A stretch of 39,518 nt of DNA, taken from UHGV virus genome UHGV-0040088, one strand, 5' to 3'. The notes under the pieces are model-generated. The model had not been told where the DNA came from, did not search any database, and worked only from the letters and a program-made list of their open reading frames with translations. Below are positions 15,444 through 25,500 of the stretch, piece after piece (the first letter of the stretch is position 1; each line of letters begins with the position of its first letter). The translations under genes were made by a program, and so were the position numbers. This stretch comes from a virus.

Positions 15444-17792
15444 ATGGCAACTAGTTTAGGTACAATTTACTACGAAGTTGATGCAAAAACTGGTCAACTT
15501 CTCGTTGCTCAACGACAGGCAGACCAGGCTTTTGACAGCATCGAGCGTGGCGCAAAACGCGCTGACCGCCAGGTGAACACGCTTAAGACTTCAATCAAAG
15601 CGCTATCCAGGGTTATCCATTTGCTACTTGCTGCGGAGGCTGTACGCCAGTTTATTGACATGGCGGAGCAAGCGAAAATGCTTCGCGTAAAAATCAAAAT
15701 GCTTACTGGTGATACGGAGGCTGCCGGACGTGTTTTCGATGGCCTGAAAGAAATATCAAAAGAAACCGGGCAAAGCATGAAGGATACTGGCGAACTGTGG
15801 CAAGGCCTTGCTATATCGCTAAAAAACACATCCGCTACTGAAGGCCAATTGCTAAACCTGGTCGGTACGATTCAGAAAATGGGTGCATTAGGCGGAGCGT
15901 CAGCGGAACAGATGTCTAACTCTATGCGCCAGTTCCGCCAGTCTATAGACGGCGGCGTGCTGCGTGCTGAAGAGTTTAACAGTCTGCTTGAAAACACGCC
16001 AACCATCGTACAGACAATGGCTCGCCATATGGGGTTGTCAATGGGCCAGTTCCGCGCCGAAATGCTGGACGGCAAGATCACGGCTGAAAGGATGGTTAAC
16101 GCGATTCAGGCGGCTACACAGGAAACAAACGAGAAGTTCGCACAGTTGCCGCGCACATCCGGCATGGCCTTCAATGAGCTAAAAGTTGAGGTGATGGGAC
16201 TTGTCGAACAGCTTGACGATCTTTTCGGCATATCTGACGGCGTTGTGTCAGCAATAGACTTAATCACTGGCGGCGTTGAGGGATTAGGTAAGGGCGCAAA
16301 ATTCGCCGCAACATGTTTCAATACACTCAAAACCGCTGGTAGCGAGTTCATCGACATGTTTGACGATGTTGCTGTTAAGGCTGGCGAGGTTGCTGAAGAG
16401 ATTATCAGGATGGTAACGCCAATCAAGGCGCTAATGGATGGGTACAAATGGATGAAGGAGATCATTGACAAACGCAAGGAAGAGCTAAACAGCAACAACG
16501 AGAAGAAATTCGGCCCCACCATTGGCAAATTCATGACATTCAAGAATGACATAGAAAAAGCCACAGCCGCCTATGACGAGTTCATGCAGAAACAGGGTGA
16601 GGCTGACGATGGCAAGATCACCGGATTCGATCAGCCAGTTGGTAAGCCCAAAAAAGGCAAAAAGGGCAAAAATGACAAGAAATCTGAAGCTGATCGGCTT
16701 GGTGATGAAGGCATAAAAGTGTCCGACCAGTACAACAAGGACGCCGCCGCCATGCGTAAAGCGCTGGAGAACGGCAAGGCCATTGATGCTGCGTTCGCTC
16801 AGGGCAAAATAACCCTCCTTGAGTACAAGGCCGCGCAGAAAGGGATAGGCAAGGAGCTGAAGGACGAATTGGCGCAAATCCCTGTTGATGAGCTACGCGA
16901 CAAATGGGATCACATAGTCAGCCCGATGGATCAGCTTAAGGGAGAAATTGACCCAATCAAGCAGGCGCAAAATGAATGGGCCGTTCGAAAACAAATGCTG
17001 ATAGACCTTGGCGCTACAGAGGCGCAACAGAAACAGGCGCTATTGGAATACGAACAACAGATCAGAGATCTGAAATGGGAGCAATGGCAGGCGCAAAGCG
17101 AAACAAACGGCCTGATTGGTGCTTGCGTTAGTGGCCTGAAAGGTGGAATGGGCAACGCCCTTACCGGCCTACTAAACGGTACTCAATCGTTAAGCGAGGT
17201 TTTCGCCAACCTGGGAAGTAGCATACTTAACACTGTTGGCAACAAACTATCAGAAATTGCCGCCAACTGGATAGCAGATCAGTTGATGATGGAAACGCAA
17301 AGCAAGGCTACCCAGGCAAGTACAACGGCTGGCGCTGTTGCTGCCCAAGGCGAGATTGCGGCGGCGGCTATCCCGGCGGCGGCGGCAACGGCTGCGTCAA
17401 CTGGTGGTAGCTGGGCGGCGGCTGGTGCTGCGGCGCTTTCTGCGATCATGTCACTGGCAACGTCAATCTTTGGCGGCGGGCGTTATAATGGTGGCTCTGT
17501 TAATGGTGGTAGTCTGTATCGCGTAGGGGAACACGGGATTCCTGAGTTATTCCAGACTAGCAACGGGCGTCAGTATATGATTCCTGGCGAGAATGGTAGG
17601 GTAATTCCTGGTCGCGATCTCTTCAGTGGTGGCGGCATCAACATGCCTGTTAACATCACTGTCCAGACCACAAACGGATTTAGCGACGAAGACAGTCGCA
17701 GACTTGAACAGACGATGGAACGCGTCGCAATGAAAATGATGGCAAGGGAATCGCAACGGCCCGGAGGGATGTTACAACCTCGCAGGAAATAA
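15444..17792 (+). CDS. tail tape measure protein
   Basis: 782 aa, highly alpha-helical with a Gly/Ala-rich C-terminal region (GGGRYNGGSVNGGS); position upstream of M-L-K-I-J. Confidence 0.85.
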   Translation: MATSLGTIYYEVDAKTGQLLVAQRQADQAFDSIERGAKRADRQVNTLKTSIKALSRVIHLLLAAEAVRQFIDMAEQAKMLRVKIKMLTGDTEAAGRVFDGLKEISKETGQSMKDTGELWQGLAISLKNTSATEGQLLNLVGTIQKMGALGGASAEQMSNSMRQFRQSIDGGVLRAEEFNSLLENTPTIVQTMARHMGLSMGQFRAEMLDGKITAERMVNAIQAATQETNEKFAQLPRTSGMAFNELKVEVMGLVEQLDDLFGISDGVVSAIDLITGGVEGLGKGAKFAATCFNTLKTAGSEFIDMFDDVAVKAGEVAEEIIRMVTPIKALMDGYKWMKEIIDKRKEELNSNNEKKFGPTIGKFMTFKNDIEKATAAYDEFMQKQGEADDGKITGFDQPVGKPKKGKKGKNDKKSEADRLGDEGIKVSDQYNKDAAAMRKALENGKAIDAAFAQGKITLLEYKAAQKGIGKELKDELAQIPVDELRDKWDHIVSPMDQLKGEIDPIKQAQNEWAVRKQMLIDLGATEAQQKQALLEYEQQIRDLKWEQWQAQSETNGLIGACVSGLKGGMGNALTGLLNGTQSLSEVFANLGSSILNTVGNKLSEIAANWIADQLMMETQSKATQASTTAGAVAAQGEIAAAAIPAAAATAASTGGSWAAAGAAALSAIMSLATSIFGGGRYNGGSVNGGSLYRVGEHGIPELFQTSNGRQYMIPGENGRVIPGRDLFSGGGINMPVNITVQTTNGFSDEDSRRLEQTMERVAMKMMARESQRPGGMLQPRRK

Positions 17793-17796
17793 ACAA

Positions 17797-17826
17797 AACC
17801 CCGGTACAATGCCGGGGTTATCTTTC
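17797..17826. terminator. bidirectional terminator after tape measure gene
   Basis: Stem ccccgg/ccgggg flanked by an A-run and a T-rich run. Confidence 0.65.
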
Positions 17827-17936
17827 GTATTTATAACCGACCATTCCGCACGATATATCCTCTTCCGAAAATTACCTGTCAAATATTCCAGTTCCCCCCG
17901 CCTGGTGAATTTATCGTCATCCATATTTCACCTCAT

Positions 17937-18461
17937 TTATGTGCCATGATTAACACCATAATATTTTTCTTCTAAAAACATCCTGTAAGCTACTGCATCA
18001 CCGAAATCGTCAAAGTATTTATTGCTTTTTCTTTTTCCGTTCACAGCTATATACACCCTCCACTGCTCCCTAGACTTGCACCACGATACACCACGAAAAC
18101 CGCTAGTATTGTTTGACTTTATTTTCCCACTCCTTACGAAATCAGCACAGTTATCAACCTGATAACCTATGTTAAGGTTTTCTATTCTATCATCACCCCT
18201 TACGTCGTTAATGTGCCTTATTACATGCTCATCAGGTATCGGGCCGTGATGCATTACCCATATAACTTGATGTCTATAGTAATTTCTCTTTTTATACGTG
18301 AATATGTAGTAACCGTTTTTATTCCTGGCGCCCACCGGACCCGGTTTTCTTCTTCCTCCATTTTCACATATTAAAGTTTTCCAATATATGTTCCCTTCAC
18401 TGTATATAAACAAGTCATTCCAGTTTATGCTATTGACCATGTCGTGATTTATTTGTGACAT
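17937..18461 (-). CDS. HNH homing endonuclease (HNH plus AP2-like)
   Basis: Motifs HQVIWVMHHGPIP, RHINDVRGDDRIENL, FRGVSW..QWR; AT-rich relative to flanking tail genes. Confidence 0.85.
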   Translation of the reverse strand: MSQINHDMVNSINWNDLFIYSEGNIYWKTLICENGGRRKPGPVGARNKNGYYIFTYKKRNYYRHQVIWVMHHGPIPDEHVIRHINDVRGDDRIENLNIGYQVDNCADFVRSGKIKSNNTSGFRGVSWCKSREQWRVYIAVNGKRKSNKYFDDFGDAVAYRMFLEEKYYGVNHGT

Positions 18462-18703
18462 CCCTTAACCCCTGATAATTCATTAAATTTATGGTGCTCA
18501 ACTATTGCCCACACTTTTAGATCCTTGCTGTACACTCGCCAATCAAGGTTGGCACGGAATGCGTAGCCGTATCCGTCTTTCAGTTTTTTGGGTGCTACGT
18601 CTTTCCTCAAGAACGCGTCCAGAAGTTCTTTTGCTTTTTTGACTACATGATCAGGTGCGTTTTTCTGTGCTTTCAGATTTTTACCAATCGCTACCAATTT
18701 CAT
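18449..18703 (-). CDS. hypothetical protein (84 aa); faint RelE/ParE-like pattern
   Basis: GGGGTGGG SD; C-terminal pattern RANLDWRVYSKDLKVWAIVEHH loosely recalls RelE-family toxins; overlaps the HNH start by 13 nt. Confidence 0.45.
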   Translation of the reverse strand: MKLVAIGKNLKAQKNAPDHVVKKAKELLDAFLRKDVAPKKLKDGYGYAFRANLDWRVYSKDLKVWAIVEHHKFNELSGVKGCHK

Positions 18704-18721
18704 AACCCACCCCGCAATCCA

Positions 18722-18877
18722 TTAGTTGACCACTTTCAGGAAGAAATCACGGTACTCATTTTCCTTCGCGTTCATCATGAATTGACCGTATTTGAATGCG
18801 TCATCAAAGCCTTTGACTATCGCCACCTCCACCTGTTCGAATGCGTTGTTCAGCATTACCACTACATAACGCTTCAT
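18722..18877 (-). CDS. hypothetical small protein (51 aa)
   Basis: Perfect AAGGAGG SD; MKRYVVVMLNNAFEQVEVAIVKGFDDAFKYGQFMMNAKENEYRDFFLKVVN; its stop provides the SD of the 84-aa gene. Confidence 0.4.
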   Translation of the reverse strand: MKRYVVVMLNNAFEQVEVAIVKGFDDAFKYGQFMMNAKENEYRDFFLKVVN

Positions 18878-18918
18878 GTTGGCCTCCTTTGTCGGTACTG
18901 CTTTTTCTTCTTGCTTTC

Positions 18919-18947
18919 TATATACATCTTGTCACGCCATATGTGAA
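18919..18947 (-). promoter_or_regulatory. candidate sigma70 promoter for minus-strand cassette B
   Basis: On the minus strand: -35 TTCACA, 17-nt spacer, -10 TATATA, about 35 nt upstream of the 51-aa ORF. Confidence 0.4.
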
Positions 18948-19046
18948 GCCATTTTGTAAACTGGTTATAATTCTTGTGATGAATTTCTCATTTTTCGCGT
19001 AGGAGCGCGTAAAGATGTATGCAATATGTAACTTATAGGGGGAATC

Positions 19047-19400
19047 ATGCCGGAAGTTTTCAGATGGACGCCGCAAAGAAGCTACAGCGTGACCAGGGAA
19101 CCAAACGTATCTGTCATTAAACTTGGTGATGGGTATGAACAACGCCAGGCGAAAGGGATTAACACATTACTTGATAGTTACACCCTGGTTTTTAAAGGCA
19201 GTAGTGCAGGATGCGGCGATGGTGGGAATGTAGCAATCCAGGCGGAAGCATTCTTGAGGGCGCGCGGCGCGGTCGAGGCTTTTTACTGGTCGCCGTCGAT
19301 GGATAACGTGCAGAGGCTTTTTGTTTGTCGTAGCTGGAGTATGACCAAAGACGGGCCTGTGTATACGCTAAATGCAACATTTGAGCAAGTTATTAATTAG
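19047..19400 (+). CDS. M: minor tail protein M (lambda gpM-like)
   Basis: 117 aa; shares FRW, GDGYEQRQ and C-terminal FEQVIN with lambda gpM (recalled sequence FRWKV, GDGYSQR, FEQVVN). Confidence 0.85.
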   Translation: MPEVFRWTPQRSYSVTREPNVSVIKLGDGYEQRQAKGINTLLDSYTLVFKGSSAGCGDGGNVAIQAEAFLRARGAVEAFYWSPSMDNVQRLFVCRSWSMTKDGPVYTLNATFEQVIN

Positions 19401-19410
19401 GGGAGGGGAT

Positions 19411-19593
19411 ATGCCTTATTTTTGTGTAGTGGAGCGCACTGGCGCTTTTACATTATTCGCCGACTATGAAATTAATGATCTTACTGTCCGGGCTGATAAC
19501 GGTGAGACGTGGTATCTTCATGATATGGGTGATGGATATATCGGCTGTACGACTTGGGATGGCAAAGAAGTAGCATTTCTATCCTACGATTAA
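19411..19593 (+). CDS. hypothetical small protein (60 aa) inserted between M and L
   Basis: GGGGAGGGG SD before ATG 19411; followed by a terminator. Confidence 0.45.
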   Translation: MPYFCVVERTGAFTLFADYEINDLTVRADNGETWYLHDMGDGYIGCTTWDGKEVAFLSYD

Positions 19594-19623
19594 AAAAAAC
19601 ACCCCGCCACGGCGGGGTTTATA
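19593..19623. terminator. bidirectional terminator between 19411..19593 and minus-strand cassette C
   Basis: A7, stem ccccgc/gcgggg, then TTTAT. Confidence 0.65.
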
Positions 19624-19694
19624 GTGTCGATAGTAGAATGCATAACAATCCAATGATGATAATAATCATTTCTAGAACGTAATGTTCGCACATC

Positions 19695-19943
19695 TCATAA
19701 CGCACCCTTCAAATATGCCAATCCCTTATCGGTGACGAATGAATGGTTAACCTGGTTTTCATCCGTCATGATGATGAATAACTTTTCCTGTAGGTATTTC
19801 GCTTTCGGGTACAGCGTTAAACAGACCTGGTACAGTATCCCGCGCTCAATCAGCAAATCAATAAATTCGTGTTCATGATAACCGACGAGGCGGGCGGCCT
19901 GTTTCAACGTGTACACATAATCGCCGTGATTGCGCCGCCCCAT
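19695..19943 (-). CDS. cassette C: small putative HTH DNA-binding protein (82 aa)
   Basis: Segment YTLKQAARLVGYHEHEFIDLLIERGIL looks like a helix-turn-helix; AAGGCGG SD. Confidence 0.45.
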   Translation of the reverse strand: MGRRNHGDYVYTLKQAARLVGYHEHEFIDLLIERGILYQVCLTLYPKAKYLQEKLFIIMTDENQVNHSFVTDKGLAYLKGAL

Positions 19944-19952
19944 GTTGCCGCC

Positions 19953-20303
19953 TTATTTATCGAACGCAGACAAATTGTCGATACAGAAATCTTTTGCCGC
20001 TTTTTCGTATTCGCGTTTTGCTTGCGGATTGTCTGCCGGGAAACCTTTTGCGTGTATTTCACCAGGGCAAGCCTGATCCATAGAGTCGGCAAATTCAACA
20101 TTGACGTTAAAGTTAATATCTTTCGGGTTCATCTCTTCCACCTTATCCGGCACTTGCACCGGAATAACATAATAATCACGAGCACCAGACCAACAGCGGA
20201 GCAATTCACAACCTTCATTACGCGCTGATTCGAATGTGTCAAATAGTCCTATGCTTTCCCACTCACATTTATCAGTCCACACGTCTAATCTGTATTTTTG
20301 CAT
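19953..20303 (-). CDS. cassette C: hypothetical protein (about 117 aa)
   Basis: Start at MQKYR (20303) avoids overlap; alternative ATG at 20357 gives 134 aa. Several Cys; no recognised motif. Confidence 0.5.
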   Translation of the reverse strand: MQKYRLDVWTDKCEWESIGLFDTFESARNEGCELLRCWSGARDYYVIPVQVPDKVEEMNPKDINFNVNVEFADSMDQACPGEIHAKGFPADNPQAKREYEKAAKDFCIDNLSAFDK

Positions 20304-20316
20304 TTTTGTTAACCTT

Positions 20317-20472
20317 TCATTTGGCAGGTTCGATCCTGTATCCCAAAACGCGGTCATCTTCAGTAAGTAAAAGCGCGTCAGTCAGTGCCTCGCCTTCGTC
20401 TTTATACAGAGCCACAGTCATTTCCCTGCCGCCTGACAGGAATACCGTCAACCTCCACACCTTATCATCCAT
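20317..20472 (-). CDS. cassette C: hypothetical small acidic protein (51 aa)
   Basis: GGAGGTG SD before ATG 20472; MDDKVWRLTVFLSGGREMTVALYKDEGEALTDALLLTEDDRVLGYRIEPAK. Confidence 0.4.
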   Translation of the reverse strand: MDDKVWRLTVFLSGGREMTVALYKDEGEALTDALLLTEDDRVLGYRIEPAK

Positions 20473-20518
20473 ATCACACCTCCGCGCCATTTTGTTAACC
20501 ATGCTTACTTTTGAGTAC

Positions 20519-20547
20519 AATATACATATTGTAAAAATCGCTATCAA
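20519..20547 (-). promoter_or_regulatory. candidate sigma70 promoter for minus-strand cassette C
   Basis: On the minus strand: -35 TTGATA, 17-nt spacer, -10 TATATT, about 40 nt upstream of the 51-aa ORF. Confidence 0.45.
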
Positions 20548-20553
20548 CCGTTT

Positions 20554-20562
20554 TGGTATGAT
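20554..20562 (+). promoter_or_regulatory. candidate extended -10 promoter (TGgTATGAT) upstream of gene L
   Basis: TG-n-TATGAT 39 nt upstream of the L start; back-to-back with the cassette C promoter. Confidence 0.3.
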
Positions 20563-20600
20563 TTAGCGTGACGGCGATCACAAAATGACAAGGTGAAAAA

Positions 20601-21305
20601 ATGCGCAGCATACCTACAGAAATGATTATTGATTCCGTCGATGCCGGAGTCGGCGCGGTAATTGATTTGTTTGAATTAGACCTCACGCCCCTGGGTGGCG
20701 AGGTTATCCGCTTCCATTCCGGCGCGAATGGTTATTACGGCCCGGTTATCTGGAAGGGAGTGACTTACAACAGCTACCCAATCGAGGCTACTGGCTTCGA
20801 AATGAAAAACGAAGGTGTTTACTCGCGCCCGCAAATGGTAGTAGCCAACATTGGCGGGCTAATCACCGGGATGAACAACGATTTTAACGACCTGCGAGGA
20901 ATGAAGGTTACGCGCCGCCAGGTGGAAGTAAAATACCTGGACGCTGTTAACTTCCCCAACGGCAATCCAGATGCAGATCCATCTATTGAGGCTGTATCTT
21001 TTTACGTCGTTGAGACGATGAGCGAAGAAACAGCCGACCAGGTGCAATATGAACTGTCAACGCCAATTGATGCTGACAAGGCGGTTATCCCCGGGCGCAC
21101 AATTCTCGCTGACGTTTGCCAGTGGCAATATCGCGGCGACGGTTGCAGATACAGTGGCGGCCCCGTAGCTACTGACAAAGACGAGCTAACCAGTGATCCG
21201 AAGCTGGATAAATGCAGCCACCGCCTAAGCGGTTGCCGTTTGCGTTTTCCGCGCCCTAATCCGTTACCAATTTCCTGTTTCCCTGGATCCAGCAAGGTGG
21301 GTTGA
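20601..21305 (+). CDS. L: minor tail protein L (lambda gpL-like)
   Basis: 234 aa; C-terminal Cys cluster (CQWQYRGDGCRYSGG...CSHRLSGC) as in gpL; position M-L-K-I-J. Confidence 0.85.
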   Translation: MRSIPTEMIIDSVDAGVGAVIDLFELDLTPLGGEVIRFHSGANGYYGPVIWKGVTYNSYPIEATGFEMKNEGVYSRPQMVVANIGGLITGMNNDFNDLRGMKVTRRQVEVKYLDAVNFPNGNPDADPSIEAVSFYVVETMSEETADQVQYELSTPIDADKAVIPGRTILADVCQWQYRGDGCRYSGGPVATDKDELTSDPKLDKCSHRLSGCRLRFPRPNPLPISCFPGSSKVG

Positions 21306-21307
21306 TT

Positions 21308-22039
21308 ATGGCACTTGAAGATAAAATGATTCGCTATGCAGCGGCCCACCCTGACGAGGAAGTATGCGGGCTGGTGATAGATAACGATTATTTTTACCCG
21401 TGTTTAAACGTGTCTGAAACGCCGCACAACAGCTTTAAAATCTCGCCTGACGATTATATCAAAGCTGACGAATTAGGCGTTATAACAGCCGTTTTCCACT
21501 CACATACTAACGATTCATTGGTATTGTCAGCACGGGATCGACAACAGCAGGTTATTTCCGGCCTACCGTGGTTTTTATGTTCCGGTGGCAGGGTAAGAAA
21601 ATTCCGCCCGGTAGCGCACCTGTTAGGCCGTAAATTTGAGCACGGGAAAACAGACTGCTACTCGCTTTTTCGTGACGCCTATCACCTTTGCGGCGTGGAT
21701 CTGCCTGACTTTGAGCGCCGCGATGGGTGGTGGCTGCGTGGGGAAAACCTGTACATAAAAAACCTGCCATTGAACGGGTTTTTCATGGTTGACGCGCAAA
21801 ACATTCAGCCCGGTGATGTGATTATCCGCCAGCCGTTTAAAGGCGCTGACCCATGCCACGCGATGATTTACCTGGGCGATAACACTGTTTTGCATCATGA
21901 CAATGCCGGACTGTTAAGCCGCCGCGAGCAAATGCGGCCCGCGTATGTTCGACAGACCAATTCAATATGGAGATCTGACAAATGCTCAAATTTAGATTTA
22001 CGGGCAATCTTCGAAGATATTACGGCAAGGTGTGTTTAA
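21308..22039 (+). CDS. K: tail assembly protein K (lambda gpK-like, JAB/MPN plus NlpC/P60-like)
   Basis: N-terminal motif VFHSHTNDS (MPN/JAB-like); C-terminal Cys/His region; AAGGTGG SD before ATG 21308. Confidence 0.85.
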   Translation: MALEDKMIRYAAAHPDEEVCGLVIDNDYFYPCLNVSETPHNSFKISPDDYIKADELGVITAVFHSHTNDSLVLSARDRQQQVISGLPWFLCSGGRVRKFRPVAHLLGRKFEHGKTDCYSLFRDAYHLCGVDLPDFERRDGWWLRGENLYIKNLPLNGFFMVDAQNIQPGDVIIRQPFKGADPCHAMIYLGDNTVLHHDNAGLLSRREQMRPAYVRQTNSIWRSDKCSNLDLRAIFEDITARCV

Positions 22040-22512
22040 ACGTTGATACGCCAGCACAAGGACTTAGCCTATTGACCGCGCAGGATCAGGAGTTCAAGAA
22101 GGCTTTTTTAAATACACCTTTGCGCTTACGAATTGCCGGAAAAGATTATGACGAAAAGACCGCGCCCGCAGCGGTTAACAGTAAATACCCTGACGGAACA
22201 ACCATCATTATTGCCCCAGTGGTTGAAGGTGGTATTGCGGGGATTGGTGTTGTGGGTTGGATCTTGATTGGTGTTTCAGTGGTTAGCGTTGCGTTCTCGA
22301 TCTTTATGTCACGCAACATGAAGATAAAAACATCAGCAGAAAGCGCACAAGATAACACCATAACGAACAACACCTACACCAGCATTGAAAACAAGGTGGG
22401 ACAGGGCAGGCCAGTGCCAATCCTGTTGGGTGAAATGAAAATAGGTTCAAACGTCGGATCGTTAGGCATAGACACAAGCAACAACAAAGACGCCTTAGAC
22501 GTTGTAAGTTAA
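21982..22512 (+). CDS. I: tail assembly protein I (lambda gpI-like)
   Basis: 176 aa with central hydrophobic Gly-rich segment, between K and J. Start uncertain because of a 58-nt overlap with K. Confidence 0.7.
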   Translation: MLKFRFTGNLRRYYGKVCLNVDTPAQGLSLLTAQDQEFKKAFLNTPLRLRIAGKDYDEKTAPAAVNSKYPDGTTIIIAPVVEGGIAGIGVVGWILIGVSVVSVAFSIFMSRNMKIKTSAESAQDNTITNNTYTSIENKVGQGRPVPILLGEMKIGSNVGSLGIDTSNNKDALDVVS

Positions 22513-22526
22513 CAGGAGAAAAAGCC

Positions 22527-25500
22527 ATGAGTAGCGGCGGCGGCAAAGCCAAAACACCAACACTATTGAACGATAACCTGTATCACAAACAGTTTTATCG
22601 TGTTTTAGATATTCTCAGCGAAGGGCCGATATACGGTCCGGTAAACCAGAAAGCGCCACTGAATGACGTGATGCTTAATGACACACCTGTTACTGACGCA
22701 AACGGGAATACATCAATCCCCGGGATTAGTGTAGCCTGGCGCAACGGCACGGCTGACCAGTCGCCGATTAATGGTTTTAATGCCATTGAGTCAACCGTTA
22801 TTGTCAACGCAAAGGTAACTCACGACACGCCAATAATCAGGACTGTTTCAGATCCAAACGTTACCCGCGTCAGGTTAAATCTTGGTGTTGACGCTCTCGT
22901 CCAGTCAGATGAAAAGGGCAATCAATACAATACATCCGTCATGTTGATGGTTGATGTTAAACCGTCATCTTCTTCTACGTGGTCGCTGATTAAAGATATA
23001 CACATTGGTCCCGGCAAACAAAGCGGTGAGTATCTGGAAGCCCACATCATTAAAGCACCGGATGAAAAACCGTTTGATATTCGCGTTCGTCGCGTGACAG
23101 CAGACAGCCACGGCGATCTATTGCGGAACGATACGCGGTGGAGCAGTTACAGCGAAATAATTGACGATAACCTGTCTTATCCCCATACCGCTGTAGCTGG
23201 CGCGGTAATTGACCACGATCAATATACTGATACGCCTACACGTACCTATCACCTTCGCGGCCTGATTGTTGATGTTCCTGATAACTACAACACAGAAACG
23301 CGCGCGTATTCTGGTTTATGGCTTGGCGGATTCAAAAAAGCGTACACCAATAACCCTGCGTGGATTTTCCGGTATCTGGTTAAAAACGAGCGCTTCGGGC
23401 TTGCTAAACATGCTGGTTACATTGATGTTGATGATGGCGCTTTGTACGTGCTCTCCCAATACTGCGATCAGTTGGTTGATGATGGCTATGGTGGCCTTGA
23501 ACCTCGCATGACGCTTAACGCTTACATTACGGAGCAAATGAGCGCCCGCGACCTACTGGATAACATTGCAGGTATGTTCCGTGGTATCGCGTTATGGGAC
23601 GGGCAACGCCTTACCGTGATGATTGATGCACCACAGGATCCAATTGCCACCATCACAAACGCAAACGTCGTTGATGGCGCGTTTACTCGCTCAAGTCTTC
23701 CGCTTGCAGAGTGTTACAACGCCGTGATCGTATCATGGACTGACCCGGAAAACGGCTGGGAGCAATCAAAAGAATACGTGGCAGATGATGAACTAATCGC
23801 CCGCGATGGTTATAACGAAACCACGTTGGAGGCGTTCGGGTGCACGTCACGCGGGCAAGCGTACCGCGCTGGTAAATGGCTGATAGAAACAGCAAAACGC
23901 GAGCCGTCTAAATTCACGTTTAAAATGGCCCGTGACGCAATTCACTTCACCCCTGGTGATATTATCGAGATACTCGACAATAACCGCGCTGGCGCTCGTT
24001 TAGGCGGTCGCATCGTGGCAAACAACGGCAGGGTTATCACTGTCGATAAGGTTGATTCTGAATATATCGCCCCCGGCGACACCATTAGCCTGCTTGATAG
24101 TGACGGCAAATTTAAAAAACACCAGATCACCGGAGTTAGCGGAAACAAAATTACCCTTGCATCTGCCCCGGCATGGATTCGTAACGGTACTGTGTTTGCC
24201 GTGTCAACTAACGCAGCAAAACCCGTATTGTGTCGAATCGTCAGCGTGGCGGAAACTGAAAATAACAGCGTGTACACCATAGAGGCTGCACAGCATGATC
24301 CGCACAAACAGGCTGTAGTAGATAATGGCGCAATCTTTGAGGTCAACAACGATACGCTTAATCACTTCCGCGTGCCAAACATTGAAAACCTGAAGGTGTT
24401 AAACATTGGATCTGAAACAGTTCAATGCCGCGCAACATGGGAAACACTGACGACAACTCATCGCCTGACCTTTGAAATCCGCGTATACAATTCAGCGGGG
24501 GCCGTAGTTAAAAGCTACGAAACTACTAATTACAGTTATGATTTTTATGGCATTGATGCGGGAACCTACTCATTAGGCATCCGTGGCAGAAATGACACGG
24601 GCATGAAGGGTGCTGAAAGCATTGTGGATCTGGTTATTGGTGCACCAGCGGCCCCGGTAGGAGTTAACTGGGTTCCCGGTGTATTTCAGGCTACAGTTTA
24701 CCCGATCAGCAGAACAACGCTTACCACTGACACCAGTTATGAGTTTTATTACTCAGGTGAAAAACAGATCACCGATCCGGCATCAGTAACCACTAAGGCA
24801 CAATATACCGGGCGTGGTCATCAGTGGACTTTTGGCGGCATGAACACGGGGCACACCTATTACGTTTATGTGCGCACACGCAATGCTTTTGGCGTGTCTG
24901 ACTTTGTGGAGGCATCAGGTAAGCCGACAGAGAATTTTGATGAAATCAGCGATTACGTCACCAAAGACGTGATGAACTCAGAACAGTTCAAGGAAATGAT
25001 TGGTGACATCAAAGATCTTGGTGATCGCACGGATGTTATTGAAAATGCCACAAATGAACTAAAAGCAGCTACCGACAACCTCAAAACTGCAACTGATAAT
25101 CTGACCAACATAACTGACGATTTAAGAACTGAAACCGACAACCTGACTAACATAACCGAAGATTTAAGAAATGATACTGACAACCTGATTACAGAAACAG
25201 GATCAATAAAAGCTGATACAGATACGCTAAAAAAAGAAACAGAAGATCTTTATAAAAAAGTTAAGGAAAACGCCGATGATATTGGTCAGCATGAGTCAAG
25301 AATTGATTCATTAGAAGTGTCCAGCGAAAAAGTTGGCAGCGAACTGGCGCAAGCAAAAGCAAGCCTGCAAAACGCGTCATTGGCGCTTATCAACAACTCG
25401 CTTGCACAGACAAACACGCGCGTTACCCTTACCGCCCAGTACAAAAAAGGCAGAACGGAAACGAAAGCGGAAATTGACCGTATTGACAACGTTATCGCTG

